Assembly (NCBI GenBank): GCA_964427615.1
Contig: CAYRUR010000002.1
Span: forward strand, 81,847-145,846
Length of the DNA: 64,000 nt
Direction: 5' to 3'
Source of the DNA: an uncultured Gammaproteobacteria bacterium
GTDB taxonomy: Bacteria > Patescibacteriota > Microgenomatia > Levybacterales > GWA1-39-11
Part shown: piece by piece, positions 50,823-60,519 of the stretch
Layout: each line of letters opens with the position of its first letter
How positions within the stretch are numbered: the stretch's first letter is position 1
Translations under genes and position numbers: made by a program
The notes under the pieces: model-generated
What the model was told of the DNA's origin: nothing
The model's input: only the letters and a program-made list of their open reading frames with translations
Databases searched by the model: none

Positions 50823-51727
50823 ACCAACGCCTTTTCTAAATTCGCAAGATTAGCTTCCATGATAGTGAAATAATTTTCACCTTTTGCTTCATCTTCTGGT
50901 GTGAGTCCTTCAGCCGGATTTAAAACCAATGTTTCTACTCCTGTCTCTTGAGCTAGAGTTTGAGAAAATCGTGGACTTGTTAACTCTTCGAAAAAAATAT
51001 ACTTTACCTGCTTTTCCCGCACAAATGTTGCTAATTCAGCCAATTTTCGTGCAGAAGGCTCTTCTTCAGGACTCAGGCCTGAGATAGCCACTTGATTCAA
51101 ATTATATTCCTGAGCTAAATAACCAAAGGCTGCATGAGCGGTTACGATATCTCGTTTTTGACAAGTCGCAAGACCTTGTCTGTACGCACTATCCAACTCC
51201 TGCAAGGAAGCAATTAGTTCATCTGCATTTTTTTGATAGTAAGAAGCGTTTTTCGGATCTTCTTTTTTGAAAGCTTCTGCAATAATTGCCACTTGATGCT
51301 GCGCAAGCTCTGGACTAAGCCATACATGAGGATCAGTACTATGCTCTGCAAAAAGATTTTCATTTATCACAAGCACCTCAACATCCTTGCCTATCAAATT
51401 TTTTTGCATTGCAGGTGCCCAGACCTCAATATGACCATTCAGTAATAGAAGATCACTATGCTGTATCTTTACCACGTCTTGCGTTGTTGGCTCAAATTCA
51501 TGCGCCTCCACTCCTGCCGGAGTAATATTAATAACATGAGCATGATCACCCCCAACTACAGAGGCAAAATAATAGAGAGGGTATAAAGAAGTAACAACAT
51601 CTATTTTTCCTGTGTTACTGGAGTTATTACTCTTCTGAAGCAATAATTGTCCACCAAAAGTAAAGACAAAAACTGCGAAAACAATAACAATAAGCAAGAT
51701 AAGAATTCCTTTATTTTTAACTTTCAT
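50813..51727 (-). CDS. znuA: Zn ABC transporter substrate-binding protein
   Basis: EAHEFEP, DPHVWLSP, AHAAFGY, FFEE. Confidence 0.9.
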   Translation of the reverse strand: MKVKNKGILILLIVIVFAVFVFTFGGQLLLQKSNNSSNTGKIDVVTSLYPLYYFASVVGGDHAHVINITPAGVEAHEFEPTTQDVVKIQHSDLLLLNGHIEVWAPAMQKNLIGKDVEVLVINENLFAEHSTDPHVWLSPELAQHQVAIIAEAFKKEDPKNASYYQKNADELIASLQELDSAYRQGLATCQKRDIVTAHAAFGYLAQEYNLNQVAISGLSPEEEPSARKLAELATFVREKQVKYIFFEELTSPRFSQTLAQETGVETLVLNPAEGLTPEDEAKGENYFTIMEANLANLEKALVCN

Positions 51728-52146
51728 TCCTGACACCTTTCACAAACTCCAAAAAATTCTAATGAGTGACGCTTTACTAAAAAGTTTTTTTCCTGTTCTA
51801 CATTTTTTTCAAAATCTTCCACAACACAATCTGCAATATCCTGAATTGTTCCACATACTTCACAAATCAGATGATGGTGATCGGGTCTTCCAGCTAACTC
51901 ATACCTGAATTTTCCCTCATACAGCTGAATTTGTTTTGCCAGCCCTTTATCCGTAAAAGCATTGATAATACGAAAAACAGTTGCTTGATCCACCTGAATA
52001 TCATTTTTCTGCAGATGCTCTTTTATCATTGAGACATCAACAGGATTATCTGTTTTTTCCAAATATTTAAGAACTGCAATACGTGCAGGAGTCGCACGCA
52101 AAGATATTTCTTTTAACTCCCTTCGACAATCGTGTCTATTTTTCAT
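51724..52146 (-). CDS. zur: Fur-family regulator, probably Zur
   Basis: TPARIAVL, ATVFR, HHHLICEVCG, CERC; first gene of the znuACB operon. Confidence 0.85.
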   Translation of the reverse strand: MKNRHDCRRELKEISLRATPARIAVLKYLEKTDNPVDVSMIKEHLQKNDIQVDQATVFRIINAFTDKGLAKQIQLYEGKFRYELAGRPDHHHLICEVCGTIQDIADCVVEDFEKNVEQEKNFLVKRHSLEFFGVCERCQE

Positions 52147-52167
52147 CCTATCTGGACTATATCACAC

Positions 52168-52185
52168 ATGCAAGTAAGTTGCAAT
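52168..52185. promoter_or_regulatory. Putative Zur box (autoregulatory)
   Basis: ATGCAA-GTAAG-TTGCAAT just upstream of extended -10 TGATATAGT on the minus strand. Confidence 0.65.
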
Positions 52186-52187
52186 AA

Positions 52188-53156
52188 TTACTTTCTTAAA
52201 GATCCTTCTACTAAGAAAAAAGCAAGATAAAGAAAAAGAAGTATCAATGCCTCTTTGCGAGAAATAGTATTTGCTGTACGACAAAAATAGAAAAAGAGTC
52301 CCAAACCGACCAGCAAAAAGAAGAAAATAACTAAAAAGCTATCCTCTACCCGTATGGTCTCTGCTCCATGTAACAAGGTCAGCACTCCAAAAAGCAAGAC
52401 ATTAGCAGCAGCTGATCCTAAGTAATCACCAAAAGCAATATCTGTTTTTTTAGAAAGCACAGACCTGACTGCAATAGAGAATTCAGGCAGATTAGTACCA
52501 AGTGAAAGAAATAAAAGACTTATATAAAAAGGAGAAATGCCAAGTATGTTTGAGAAAAAAAGAGTCTTATCAACAATAATATTGCTTGAAATAAAAACAA
52601 TACCTACCCCTGCCAGCACCTTTCCTATATCTAGAAAAGAATACCTTTTGTACGTTAAAACATCTTGAGCATTTTTTTCAAATATGCCATTCCCCCTCTG
52701 TACCAGATAAAACAAACATCCATATACAACCAAAAGTATCACTCCCTCAACATCAGTTATATGCTTGTCAATCAATAGAAAGGCTGGAAGACACATGGTA
52801 AGCAAGAAAAAAATAAGTGTTTTTTTCCCTAAGTGGTTTTTTAGCTTTATTCCTTTTGCCATAATAGCCAATGCCGGAATAATAAATAAAAACATTGCTG
52901 CAATACCTCCCACTAAATTTCCAACAAATATTTCTGGCTTTCCTTCAGATACAGAGGTAAGTCCTACTGCAAATTCAGGAATAGACGTCAAAATTCCTAA
53001 CACAAAAAAAGAAATGGCAAAAGAGGAAATGTGCAGTTTTTTAGAAAATCTATCAACTGCCTGCACAATAAGCCCAGCTCCCAACCAAATAGCTACAAAA
53101 GACACAAAATAGAGAATAAGACTAGTAAGAACCATGAGCAGTTCCAGTATAGACAA
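52188..53156 (-). CDS. Na+/Ca2+ exchanger (CaCA/YrbG family)
   Basis: GILTSIPE, GNLVG, LGTNLPE, GDYLGS. Confidence 0.88.
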   Translation of the reverse strand: MSILELLMVLTSLILYFVSFVAIWLGAGLIVQAVDRFSKKLHISSFAISFFVLGILTSIPEFAVGLTSVSEGKPEIFVGNLVGGIAAMFLFIIPALAIMAKGIKLKNHLGKKTLIFFLLTMCLPAFLLIDKHITDVEGVILLVVYGCLFYLVQRGNGIFEKNAQDVLTYKRYSFLDIGKVLAGVGIVFISSNIIVDKTLFFSNILGISPFYISLLFLSLGTNLPEFSIAVRSVLSKKTDIAFGDYLGSAAANVLLFGVLTLLHGAETIRVEDSFLVIFFFLLVGLGLFFYFCRTANTISRKEALILLFLYLAFFLVEGSLRK

Positions 53157-53189
53157 AGCCTGAGAGGGAATGCAAGCAGGGAGAAATTC

Positions 53190-53345
53190 ATGAATGAGAA
53201 TTGAGAATTACGAATTAAGAAAGGAGATCGGTTAGAGTTTAGTGATTAGTAGTTTATAAACTTGTTGTCTTCCAGCTCGTTAACCCGTTAGTAATCAATA
53301 AAGAATATTCTAATCACTTATTCTAAGACTTTTAACTTCTGTTCT
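53190..53345. repeat. Degenerate 7/8-mer tandem patch
   Basis: gaattga/gaattac/gaattaa; ctcgttaacccgtta, also seen near 19588 and 42139. Confidence 0.55.
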
Positions 53346-53361
53346 CTTCCAAAGATATAAT

Positions 53362-53862
53362 TTATACCTCCAGGCTAGCTAATACCTGAGTGGTAAGTTG
53401 AGGAATATGTTTTTCTGCCCATTTTGCCATCTCTTCTTCTTCCCTTTTTATATCCTGACACATTCGTGCTGTTTTTTCGTCTCCTAATGCATTAGCTGCA
53501 GCAACCAGTGAATCATAAGAAGCTATCTCAAATTGCTCTGTTGCATACAAGCTAATAGCTATCTTTACTGCTTTATCATGTGGCGTAATCTCACTCATTG
53601 CTCCTTTTATATTTCCCATGATTTGTGCAAGAAAACTTTTTGCTCGTGAAGTACCTGCCCCTAACTCTTCTATCCTTCTTTTCAGTCTTTCTGCTTGCTG
53701 GTCTGTTATATCTTTATGATCTCTTATTTTTTCTTGCAGTTGAGGATAGTCATCAAGATCATCTATCTGCCCATCTAAAGTGCGACTGATATCTTGCTCC
53801 ATGCCATAAGCATCATTCAGCCATTTTATATATTGCTCTTTTCTATCGCTATCATTATCCAT
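53362..53862 (-). CDS. Ferritin-like DUF892 (YciE/YciF) stress protein
   Basis: WLNDAYGME, H...T..Q..RL, EQFEIASY, EEEEMA. Confidence 0.88.
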   Translation of the reverse strand: MDNDSDRKEQYIKWLNDAYGMEQDISRTLDGQIDDLDDYPQLQEKIRDHKDITDQQAERLKRRIEELGAGTSRAKSFLAQIMGNIKGAMSEITPHDKAVKIAISLYATEQFEIASYDSLVAAANALGDEKTARMCQDIKREEEEMAKWAEKHIPQLTTQVLASLEV

Positions 53863-54042
53863 ACCTCATTTCATACTATCTACTAGGTGTAAGAATGATG
53901 TTCTACAATCCGTAAGAAGCGTGTAATGTACACTAAGCACTATTATTCTTTATATAAAACTCAATGCAATGATTTATTTTCAATACATAATTAAAATTAT
54001 TTTGCTTATTGACATGAAAAACTCACTCATATATATTAAAAA

Positions 54043-56073
54043 ATGAATTGCTCAATGCTTATGAAAATGTTATCTAAAAAGACTCTTCACCTTGCACTCC
54101 CTTCCTTCCTTATTCTTGCTATAGCTGCTATTATCACATCTAACAACACTAATCTCTTCAACTTTCAAGCTGATGCTGATACTGCAAATCCAGAGCCAAA
54201 AGTAATGAATAACCTTTTGTCTAACCCTTCCATGGAAGTCGAAGTAAACGGCGAAGTCGAAGCATGGGGAGCCCGTACATCAAATAATTGGGATAACACA
54301 ATTCATCACTATGGCAATGCTTCTATGCATGTAGTACCTGCTACTGACGCTTACCGCTACTCACATAATACTATTACTCTAGAAGCCGGAAAAACTTATG
54401 TACTGCAAGGCTGGGTTAAAACAGAAAATGCTTCTGGCAGTGGGGTATATATTCGTTATGCCCAAACAAACCCTACTCCAACTAAAGTCTTTACCACTGA
54501 AAAACTAAATGGAACCAATGGCTGGACAAAGGTCACCAAAACCTTCACTCTTCCAGCAGATTATGCAGCAGGACGAGTTGATATTGTTTGGGAGATAACC
54601 GCAGGAGAAGCTTGGATAGACGACGTTGCTCTTTGTGAAAATGAATGTATAGAAGGAATAGCAAATAAGCTTGCGAATTCTTCTATGGAAGTAGTAGTAA
54701 ATGGTGATGCTGAAGCATGGGGAGCGCGAGCAACCAATAACTGGGACAACGCTGTCTACCATTCCGAAACTGCTTCCATGCATGTCGTGCCTGCAAATGA
54801 CGGCTACTACTACGCACATCAAACAATTACTCTTCAAGCAGGATCCACCTATACTATACAAGGATTTATAAAAACAGAAAATGCTTCTGGAAGTGGGGTA
54901 TATATTCGTTATGCTCAAACAAACCCTACTCCAACTAAGGTCTTTACCACTGAAAAACTAACTGGAACTAATGATTGGACAAAGGTCACCAAAACCTTCA
55001 CGCTGCCTGCAGATTATGCAGCAGGACGAGTTGATATTGTTTGGGAAATCAATGCTGGTGAGGCTTGGATTGATGATGTTATGCTCTGCGAAGGAAATGG
55101 TCCTTGTGCCCAAGATACTACTGCTCTCAAAGTATGTGATGAATCAATCCATAACAAATATGTAACCACCGGCCCTGACGGACAGACATATGCCACCTGG
55201 CATCCATCCACAGACCCTGAAACAGGTTGTATCTTCGGACATGAACATGGCAACAATCCGGAAAGCGTTTTGCCAGGATACAAACCAGCATTTGGATACA
55301 CTGCAGGTCGCATGGGCATGACAGAACCACATAATGGATTTAAAGTGTATGCTTTCACTGACTACGATGATGAGAGCTGGGTCGTAACACATCACTTTGG
55401 CACAGCCGGTAGAGGCACGCTTTGTAACCAATTCCATACCATAGATGTTGCCGTAGGACAAGCTAGTGGAGAAGTACTCGCTGATCTACACACTATGGCA
55501 GATCATGGACGTTCTCGATTCTTTGATGGTCAATACATGACACCAGCAGAATGCCCTGATCAAGTAAATATCAATTCCTTTGGTATTAGAAGAATCCCTA
55601 TGTCTCCTGATGGATATGAGCCATGGTTGGTAAATGATAAGATACATCATCTTGGACTCAATGTTGCGCTTAACATCCTAACTTCAGATGCCATCATGGG
55701 CTGTGAAGATCCTACCTGTAGTGTAATGAAGCGCAATGGTACTAACACCGGTTCTCGCAGAAGATTTCAAGCGACAGTAGGATCAAACGGCTTGCAAATT
55801 AACGAAACTGTTACTACTACCAACAGCGGTATCTTTTATACTGACTCTATGGGACATGAGATGAGAATGGCTACTGATTCTGACTCTGTTATGCAATATA
55901 TCAAACCAGGATACCATGGTGAGGCAACTATTGCTCGCAGTGACCAATTGGACGCAGCTCGCGGAGGATGCTGGTACTACAACGGACAAAATGCACCTAT
56001 GGGTTGCTCAACAGGAGACTTGAACGGTGCAGATCCTCTACTCTTACCAACAGAGTTAATTGGATCTAACTAA
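54043..56073 (+). CDS. Secreted protein with two tandem CBM4/9-like domains and a His/Cys-rich C-terminal domain
   Basis: NLLSNPSME...WIDDV repeated twice; WHP...CIFGHEHG motif. Confidence 0.75.
   Translation: MNCSMLMKMLSKKTLHLALPSFLILAIAAIITSNNTNLFNFQADADTANPEPKVMNNLLSNPSMEVEVNGEVEAWGARTSNNWDNTIHHYGNASMHVVPATDAYRYSHNTITLEAGKTYVLQGWVKTENASGSGVYIRYAQTNPTPTKVFTTEKLNGTNGWTKVTKTFTLPADYAAGRVDIVWEITAGEAWIDDVALCENECIEGIANKLANSSMEVVVNGDAEAWGARATNNWDNAVYHSETASMHVVPANDGYYYAHQTITLQAGSTYTIQGFIKTENASGSGVYIRYAQTNPTPTKVFTTEKLTGTNDWTKVTKTFTLPADYAAGRVDIVWEINAGEAWIDDVMLCEGNGPCAQDTTALKVCDESIHNKYVTTGPDGQTYATWHPSTDPETGCIFGHEHGNNPESVLPGYKPAFGYTAGRMGMTEPHNGFKVYAFTDYDDESWVVTHHFGTAGRGTLCNQFHTIDVAVGQASGEVLADLHTMADHGRSRFFDGQYMTPAECPDQVNINSFGIRRIPMSPDGYEPWLVNDKIHHLGLNVALNILTSDAIMGCEDPTCSVMKRNGTNTGSRRRFQATVGSNGLQINETVTTTNSGIFYTDSMGHEMRMATDSDSVMQYIKPGYHGEATIARSDQLDAARGGCWYYNGQNAPMGCSTGDLNGADPLLLPTELIGSN
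54210..55092 (+). repeat. Intragenic tandem duplication, 453-bp period
   Basis: 54421-54507 nearly identical to 54874-54960. Confidence 0.9.
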
Positions 56074-56294
56074 ACTGACCACTCTCTTTCGCTGCTTCTA
56101 GTACATCTGTCTACCTTTTTTTTAAATTCTTCTATTCACCTATAAATTGTGTACCCAAAGTTTGAGATAAATAAAAATTATATGGGGAATGTTTTAGATA
56201 GATCTTTATCTTTCCTTTCTTTTATATGTGATGATTTTGCTGTAATAATTGAATGAAAAGGAAGATTATAAGAAAAGAAGAAAATACGACTTTA

Positions 56295-57854
56295 TTATTG
56301 GGAAGCTTTTTTCTTAGATGAAACACCCGCTTTCGATTCCTCTGGAGCAATGGGAATAGAAAAATAAAAGGTAGATCCTTTGTTTTTTTTACTTTTAACC
56401 CACATCTTTCCTTTGTGTTTTTTTACAACCTCTGAGGCAACATACAACCCTAGCCCAAATCCCCCCTTAGGATTACTACTCATTCTTTTCTCTTGAAAAT
56501 AAGGATCAAACACTTTTGAAATTGATTCTTTTGCAATACCAATACCTTCATCTTTGACACTGATAACTACATCTTTCTTACCAGTTTTTACTGATACTAC
56601 TATCTTGCTGCCCTCTTTTGAATATTTAATTGCATTGTTTATTAAATTCGTTAATACTTGTGAAAGACGAGTATAATCTCCTATCACCATTGGTTCTTTC
56701 CCGTCTTCTATACTTACTATTTCATGGGTATCATTTACAAATTGATAATTTACCATAACTTCATATACTAATTTATTAATAGAGAGTCTTTTTCTCTCAA
56801 TATCAAATTTTCCTTCTTGAATTTTCTCAACATCCAAGAGCACATTTATTAAGTAAATCGTCTTATTTGTTTGATTTTCAATTTGAGTAATGAAATAAGT
56901 ATTTTTCTTATCTTTGTTTTCCTCAAGTCTTTTTTTCAGTATCTGAGAATAGGTTTTAATCGTAGTTAGAGGGGTTTTTAATTCATGACTTGCAACACCT
57001 AAAAACTCATCTTTTTTCGACTCGGCATTTTTACGAACAGTAGCATCTCTGAAAAAAACAAGAGCACCATCCTGGATGGGGTAAATTGTTTGCTCATACC
57101 ATCTCTTTTTCGGTTCAAAGTACTCTTCAAACGTACATGATTTTTTCTTTTTTAAAGCCCTCTTGTAACGCTTTTCGTAAAGACTGCCTTTTAGATCCGG
57201 GAAAAGATCGCACACTGTTTTACCCAAAATTTCTTCTTTTTCTTTTCCAATATATTTTGCAGCTGTGTCATTTACGAATAGGTAGCGCAAATCCTTGTCA
57301 AAAATTATGACCCCGTCCGGAATTGCATTCCATATTTCTTTATCTTCTTTATTTACTGGTAAATAAGGCTCTTGAATAGGAGTATCTTTTATCACATCCT
57401 GCATTGTCAATAGGATAAACTTTGTCTTTTTCCCTACAAACGTCATTCTACGTGCGTTCCAAAGCATTTCTTTTTTACCCTTTTTAGCAATATTTTGTTC
57501 TACCCGAAAGTTCTCTAAAAAAGTATTTTTTGTAAGGACTGCCTTCAGAGCTTTTTTTATTTTTGTCACACCCAAGGAATCCTGCACCAACTCATCAAAA
57601 TACTTACCATTTACTTCTTTACCAGAAACCTGAAAGGTATCCCAGAATGCTTTATTTGATACTTTTACTCGCAGATTACTATCAAGTACTAAAAGAGGAT
57701 ATGGTATTGTTTCCATCGTTGCTTTTGCATATGCACTCTGTTCCATCAACTCTCCTATTGTTGCTCTTACAGAAGTGTTAAAAAGGCGTGATAAGTGAAT
57801 AGGGGAATTAAGAACTATCTGCAATAACGAGAGGTCATCTTTTTCTTTTTTCAT
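56295..57854 (-). CDS. Cytoplasmic PAS-PAS histidine kinase
   Basis: PLLVLDSNLRV, ASHELKTPLT, NLINNAIKYS, DEGIGI, GFGLGL; no TM. Confidence 0.93.
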   Translation of the reverse strand: MKKEKDDLSLLQIVLNSPIHLSRLFNTSVRATIGELMEQSAYAKATMETIPYPLLVLDSNLRVKVSNKAFWDTFQVSGKEVNGKYFDELVQDSLGVTKIKKALKAVLTKNTFLENFRVEQNIAKKGKKEMLWNARRMTFVGKKTKFILLTMQDVIKDTPIQEPYLPVNKEDKEIWNAIPDGVIIFDKDLRYLFVNDTAAKYIGKEKEEILGKTVCDLFPDLKGSLYEKRYKRALKKKKSCTFEEYFEPKKRWYEQTIYPIQDGALVFFRDATVRKNAESKKDEFLGVASHELKTPLTTIKTYSQILKKRLEENKDKKNTYFITQIENQTNKTIYLINVLLDVEKIQEGKFDIERKRLSINKLVYEVMVNYQFVNDTHEIVSIEDGKEPMVIGDYTRLSQVLTNLINNAIKYSKEGSKIVVSVKTGKKDVVISVKDEGIGIAKESISKVFDPYFQEKRMSSNPKGGFGLGLYVASEVVKKHKGKMWVKSKKNKGSTFYFSIPIAPEESKAGVSSKKKASQ

Positions 57855-58089
57855 CCAATCCTCTTTCTAAAATCCTAAATACTATTCTAAAAAAGATACC
57901 AACACAATAATAGTAATTTTTGTAATAATTATGTAAGAAAATTTGCATTTTTTAGGCTTTTACTATTTCAATCCTATTAATAAACTCTCATAAAAACTTA
58001 ACAAAATTGTGAGAAAGTCTTAATGCATCAACGTCACAAATATATTCTAGGACTAATGTAATGATCTCCTTACATCTCTATAAAATCAC

Positions 58090-59226
58090 ATGATAAAGCA
58101 GCATATACTGCCTGGCACTAAAAAAATCGCAGTACTACGAGCAAACGGGCTTGGAGATTTCATGTTTGTGCTCCCCGCTCTACAAGCCATACGTGAAACA
58201 TACCCACAAGCAGAAATCGTTTATTTAGGAAAAAATTGGCATAAAGATTTTTTACATCAAAGACCTTCACCTATTGATAAAGTCATAGCCATTCCTAATA
58301 TAAAAGGAGTAGGAGAAGAAAATAATCAACTTGAAGATAAAAAAGAACAAAATCTTTTTTTTGAGAGGATGCAACAAGAGCAATTTGATCTGGCTTTGCA
58401 ACTACATGGAGGAGGAAAATACTCCAACCCATTTATAAAAAAATTAGGGGCCAAAATAACTGCTGGATTAAAAACCCCGGATGCAGAACCACTTACCATT
58501 TCCATTCCTTATATATATTACCAACATGAAATATTGCGCTATCTAGAAGTTGTCTCTTTTATAGGAGCTACGACAAGTAGGATAAATCCAAAAGTTGAGA
58601 TCACAAGAGAAGAAATTGAAGAAGCAAAACCTTTCTTAAGACACACCTCATACGCAGTGTTGCATCCAGGAGCTAGTGATTTAAGAAGAAGATGGCATCC
58701 TGAAAGATTTGCCTATCTTGGTGATTTTCTTGCTCAGCAAGGATTACCCGTATATATTACTGGAACAAAAGAGGAAGAAGAAACCGTAAGTAAAGTTGTG
58801 AGCCATATGCGAAAAAAAGCCATAAATCTTTGTAGTAAACTCTCTTTGAGAGGCTTAACAGGTCTCCTTTCTCAGACAGAAATAGTAATAGCAAATGATA
58901 CAGGACCTCTGCATCTTGCAGAAGCACTTGGCACTCCAACAGTTGGCATCTACTGGTGTGGTAATCTCATTAACGCAACTCCTCTGACACGTACTCTCAA
59001 TCGCGCACTTCCTTCTTGGATTACCATCTGTCCTCTGTGTGGCACTGACATTGCTCGTCCAGGATTTCCTTTTGAGTATGAGAAAACGAATTGTTCTCAT
59101 CTTACTTCTTTCGTAAATGCCGTAAGTACTGAGGAGGTTATTTCCGCTGTAACTCATTTGCTAGATCAGACTACAATCACCAAAAAAAGATACAAAGATA
59201 AACCTTTTCACTTTTTCCATAAATAA
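58090..59226 (+). CDS. GT9 (heptosyltransferase-like) glycosyltransferase
   Basis: VLRANGLGDF, LHPGAS...RRW, NDTGPLHLAEALGTP. Confidence 0.92.
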   Translation: MIKQHILPGTKKIAVLRANGLGDFMFVLPALQAIRETYPQAEIVYLGKNWHKDFLHQRPSPIDKVIAIPNIKGVGEENNQLEDKKEQNLFFERMQQEQFDLALQLHGGGKYSNPFIKKLGAKITAGLKTPDAEPLTISIPYIYYQHEILRYLEVVSFIGATTSRINPKVEITREEIEEAKPFLRHTSYAVLHPGASDLRRRWHPERFAYLGDFLAQQGLPVYITGTKEEEETVSKVVSHMRKKAINLCSKLSLRGLTGLLSQTEIVIANDTGPLHLAEALGTPTVGIYWCGNLINATPLTRTLNRALPSWITICPLCGTDIARPGFPFEYEKTNCSHLTSFVNAVSTEEVISAVTHLLDQTTITKKRYKDKPFHFFHK

Positions 59227-59457
59227 CTAATTCTTTTTTATGAAGTCACTCTAAAAAGCACACTACCATAAATACTACAGGTTTATTAATTAATCCTCGC
59301 TATAAGAAAATCATACACTATTCATATCCAAAAAAAGAACAGGAAAAGGGTAATTCATATTACTATAAGATTTACTTCTCTTACCTGCTTCTTACTTACT
59401 TCTCGTTGTATTCTTAGGTTTTACCATTATCATAACTCGTGTAATAAAAAAAAAGTC

Positions 59458-60519
59458 ATGATAACGCAAAGACCCCTAAAAGCCATAAGAGTTAAACAAA
59501 TTGCAGTCTTAAGAGCACTTCAACTGGGTGATTTACTTGTTGCTATTCCTGCCATACGGGCTTTAAAAAAGGAATTGCCTAACGCAACTATTACCCTCAT
59601 TAGTCTTCCTTGTGCGGAAGAGTTTGTAAAACGATTTGATCATTACTTTGATGATTTTATTCCTTTCCCAGGATATCCAGGCCTTCCAGAACAAAAAATA
59701 TCTTTTGACAAACTAATTTCTTTTATACACGAAGTTAGAAAAAAACAATTTGATCTTCTGATCCAAATGCAAGGAAACGGTTCTGTCACCAACCCTTTGA
59801 TAGAGCTTCTCGGAGCAAAAAAAAATGCAGGCTACTATCGCAAAATAGATTATCAACCCAAAGGCTTATTCCTGGAATATCCAGAAGAAAAAAATGAGAT
59901 TGAAAAACATATGGCACTTATGCATTATCTTGGCATAAAACACAAAAGTACCCACCTTGAAATACCGGTAACTTCCCAAGAACAAAAAGAGACAGAAAAA
60001 ATAAAAAAAACCCATCGTCTCCACAACTATATAGGTATTCATCCAGGAGCAAGCAATAAGAATAAACAGTGGAATGCGCACCACTTCGCTTCTGTGGCTG
60101 ACTACTTTGCACTACAAGGATACCAAATCGTTGTTACCGGAACCACAAAAGACAAAAAAGCAGCAGATGATATGCAAAAATATATGCAGACAAAGCCTCT
60201 ATCCCTTATTGGAAAAACATCCTTGGGTATGCTAGCAGAAATTCTCCAATCTGCTCGCTTAGTCATCACCAATGACACGGCTACTTCCCACATAGCTTCA
60301 GCAGTAAAAACAAAAAGTGTGATTATCTTTTCTCCCTCATCACAAATACACCGCTGGAAACCACTTAATACCACAATACATATTGCTCTTTCTCCTAAAG
60401 ATACTCAAAATCCGCAATTTGTCATAGATACGGCACTACTATTATTAAACAACTCAAAAAAGTCAGAAACGTCGCAGTCAATAAATACGAAAACAAAACA
60501 CATACCAATTACTCTATGA
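59458..60519 (+). CDS. GT9 glycosyltransferase
   Basis: VLRALQLGDLL, IHPGAS, TNDTATSHIASA. Confidence 0.92.
   Translation: MITQRPLKAIRVKQIAVLRALQLGDLLVAIPAIRALKKELPNATITLISLPCAEEFVKRFDHYFDDFIPFPGYPGLPEQKISFDKLISFIHEVRKKQFDLLIQMQGNGSVTNPLIELLGAKKNAGYYRKIDYQPKGLFLEYPEEKNEIEKHMALMHYLGIKHKSTHLEIPVTSQEQKETEKIKKTHRLHNYIGIHPGASNKNKQWNAHHFASVADYFALQGYQIVVTGTTKDKKAADDMQKYMQTKPLSLIGKTSLGMLAEILQSARLVITNDTATSHIASAVKTKSVIIFSPSSQIHRWKPLNTTIHIALSPKDTQNPQFVIDTALLLLNNSKKSETSQSINTKTKHIPITL

Noticed and set aside
54210-55092. Possible DGR template/variable repeat pair
   Set aside because: Both copies are in frame in one CDS, differences are not adenine-restricted, and there is no reverse transcriptase in the window
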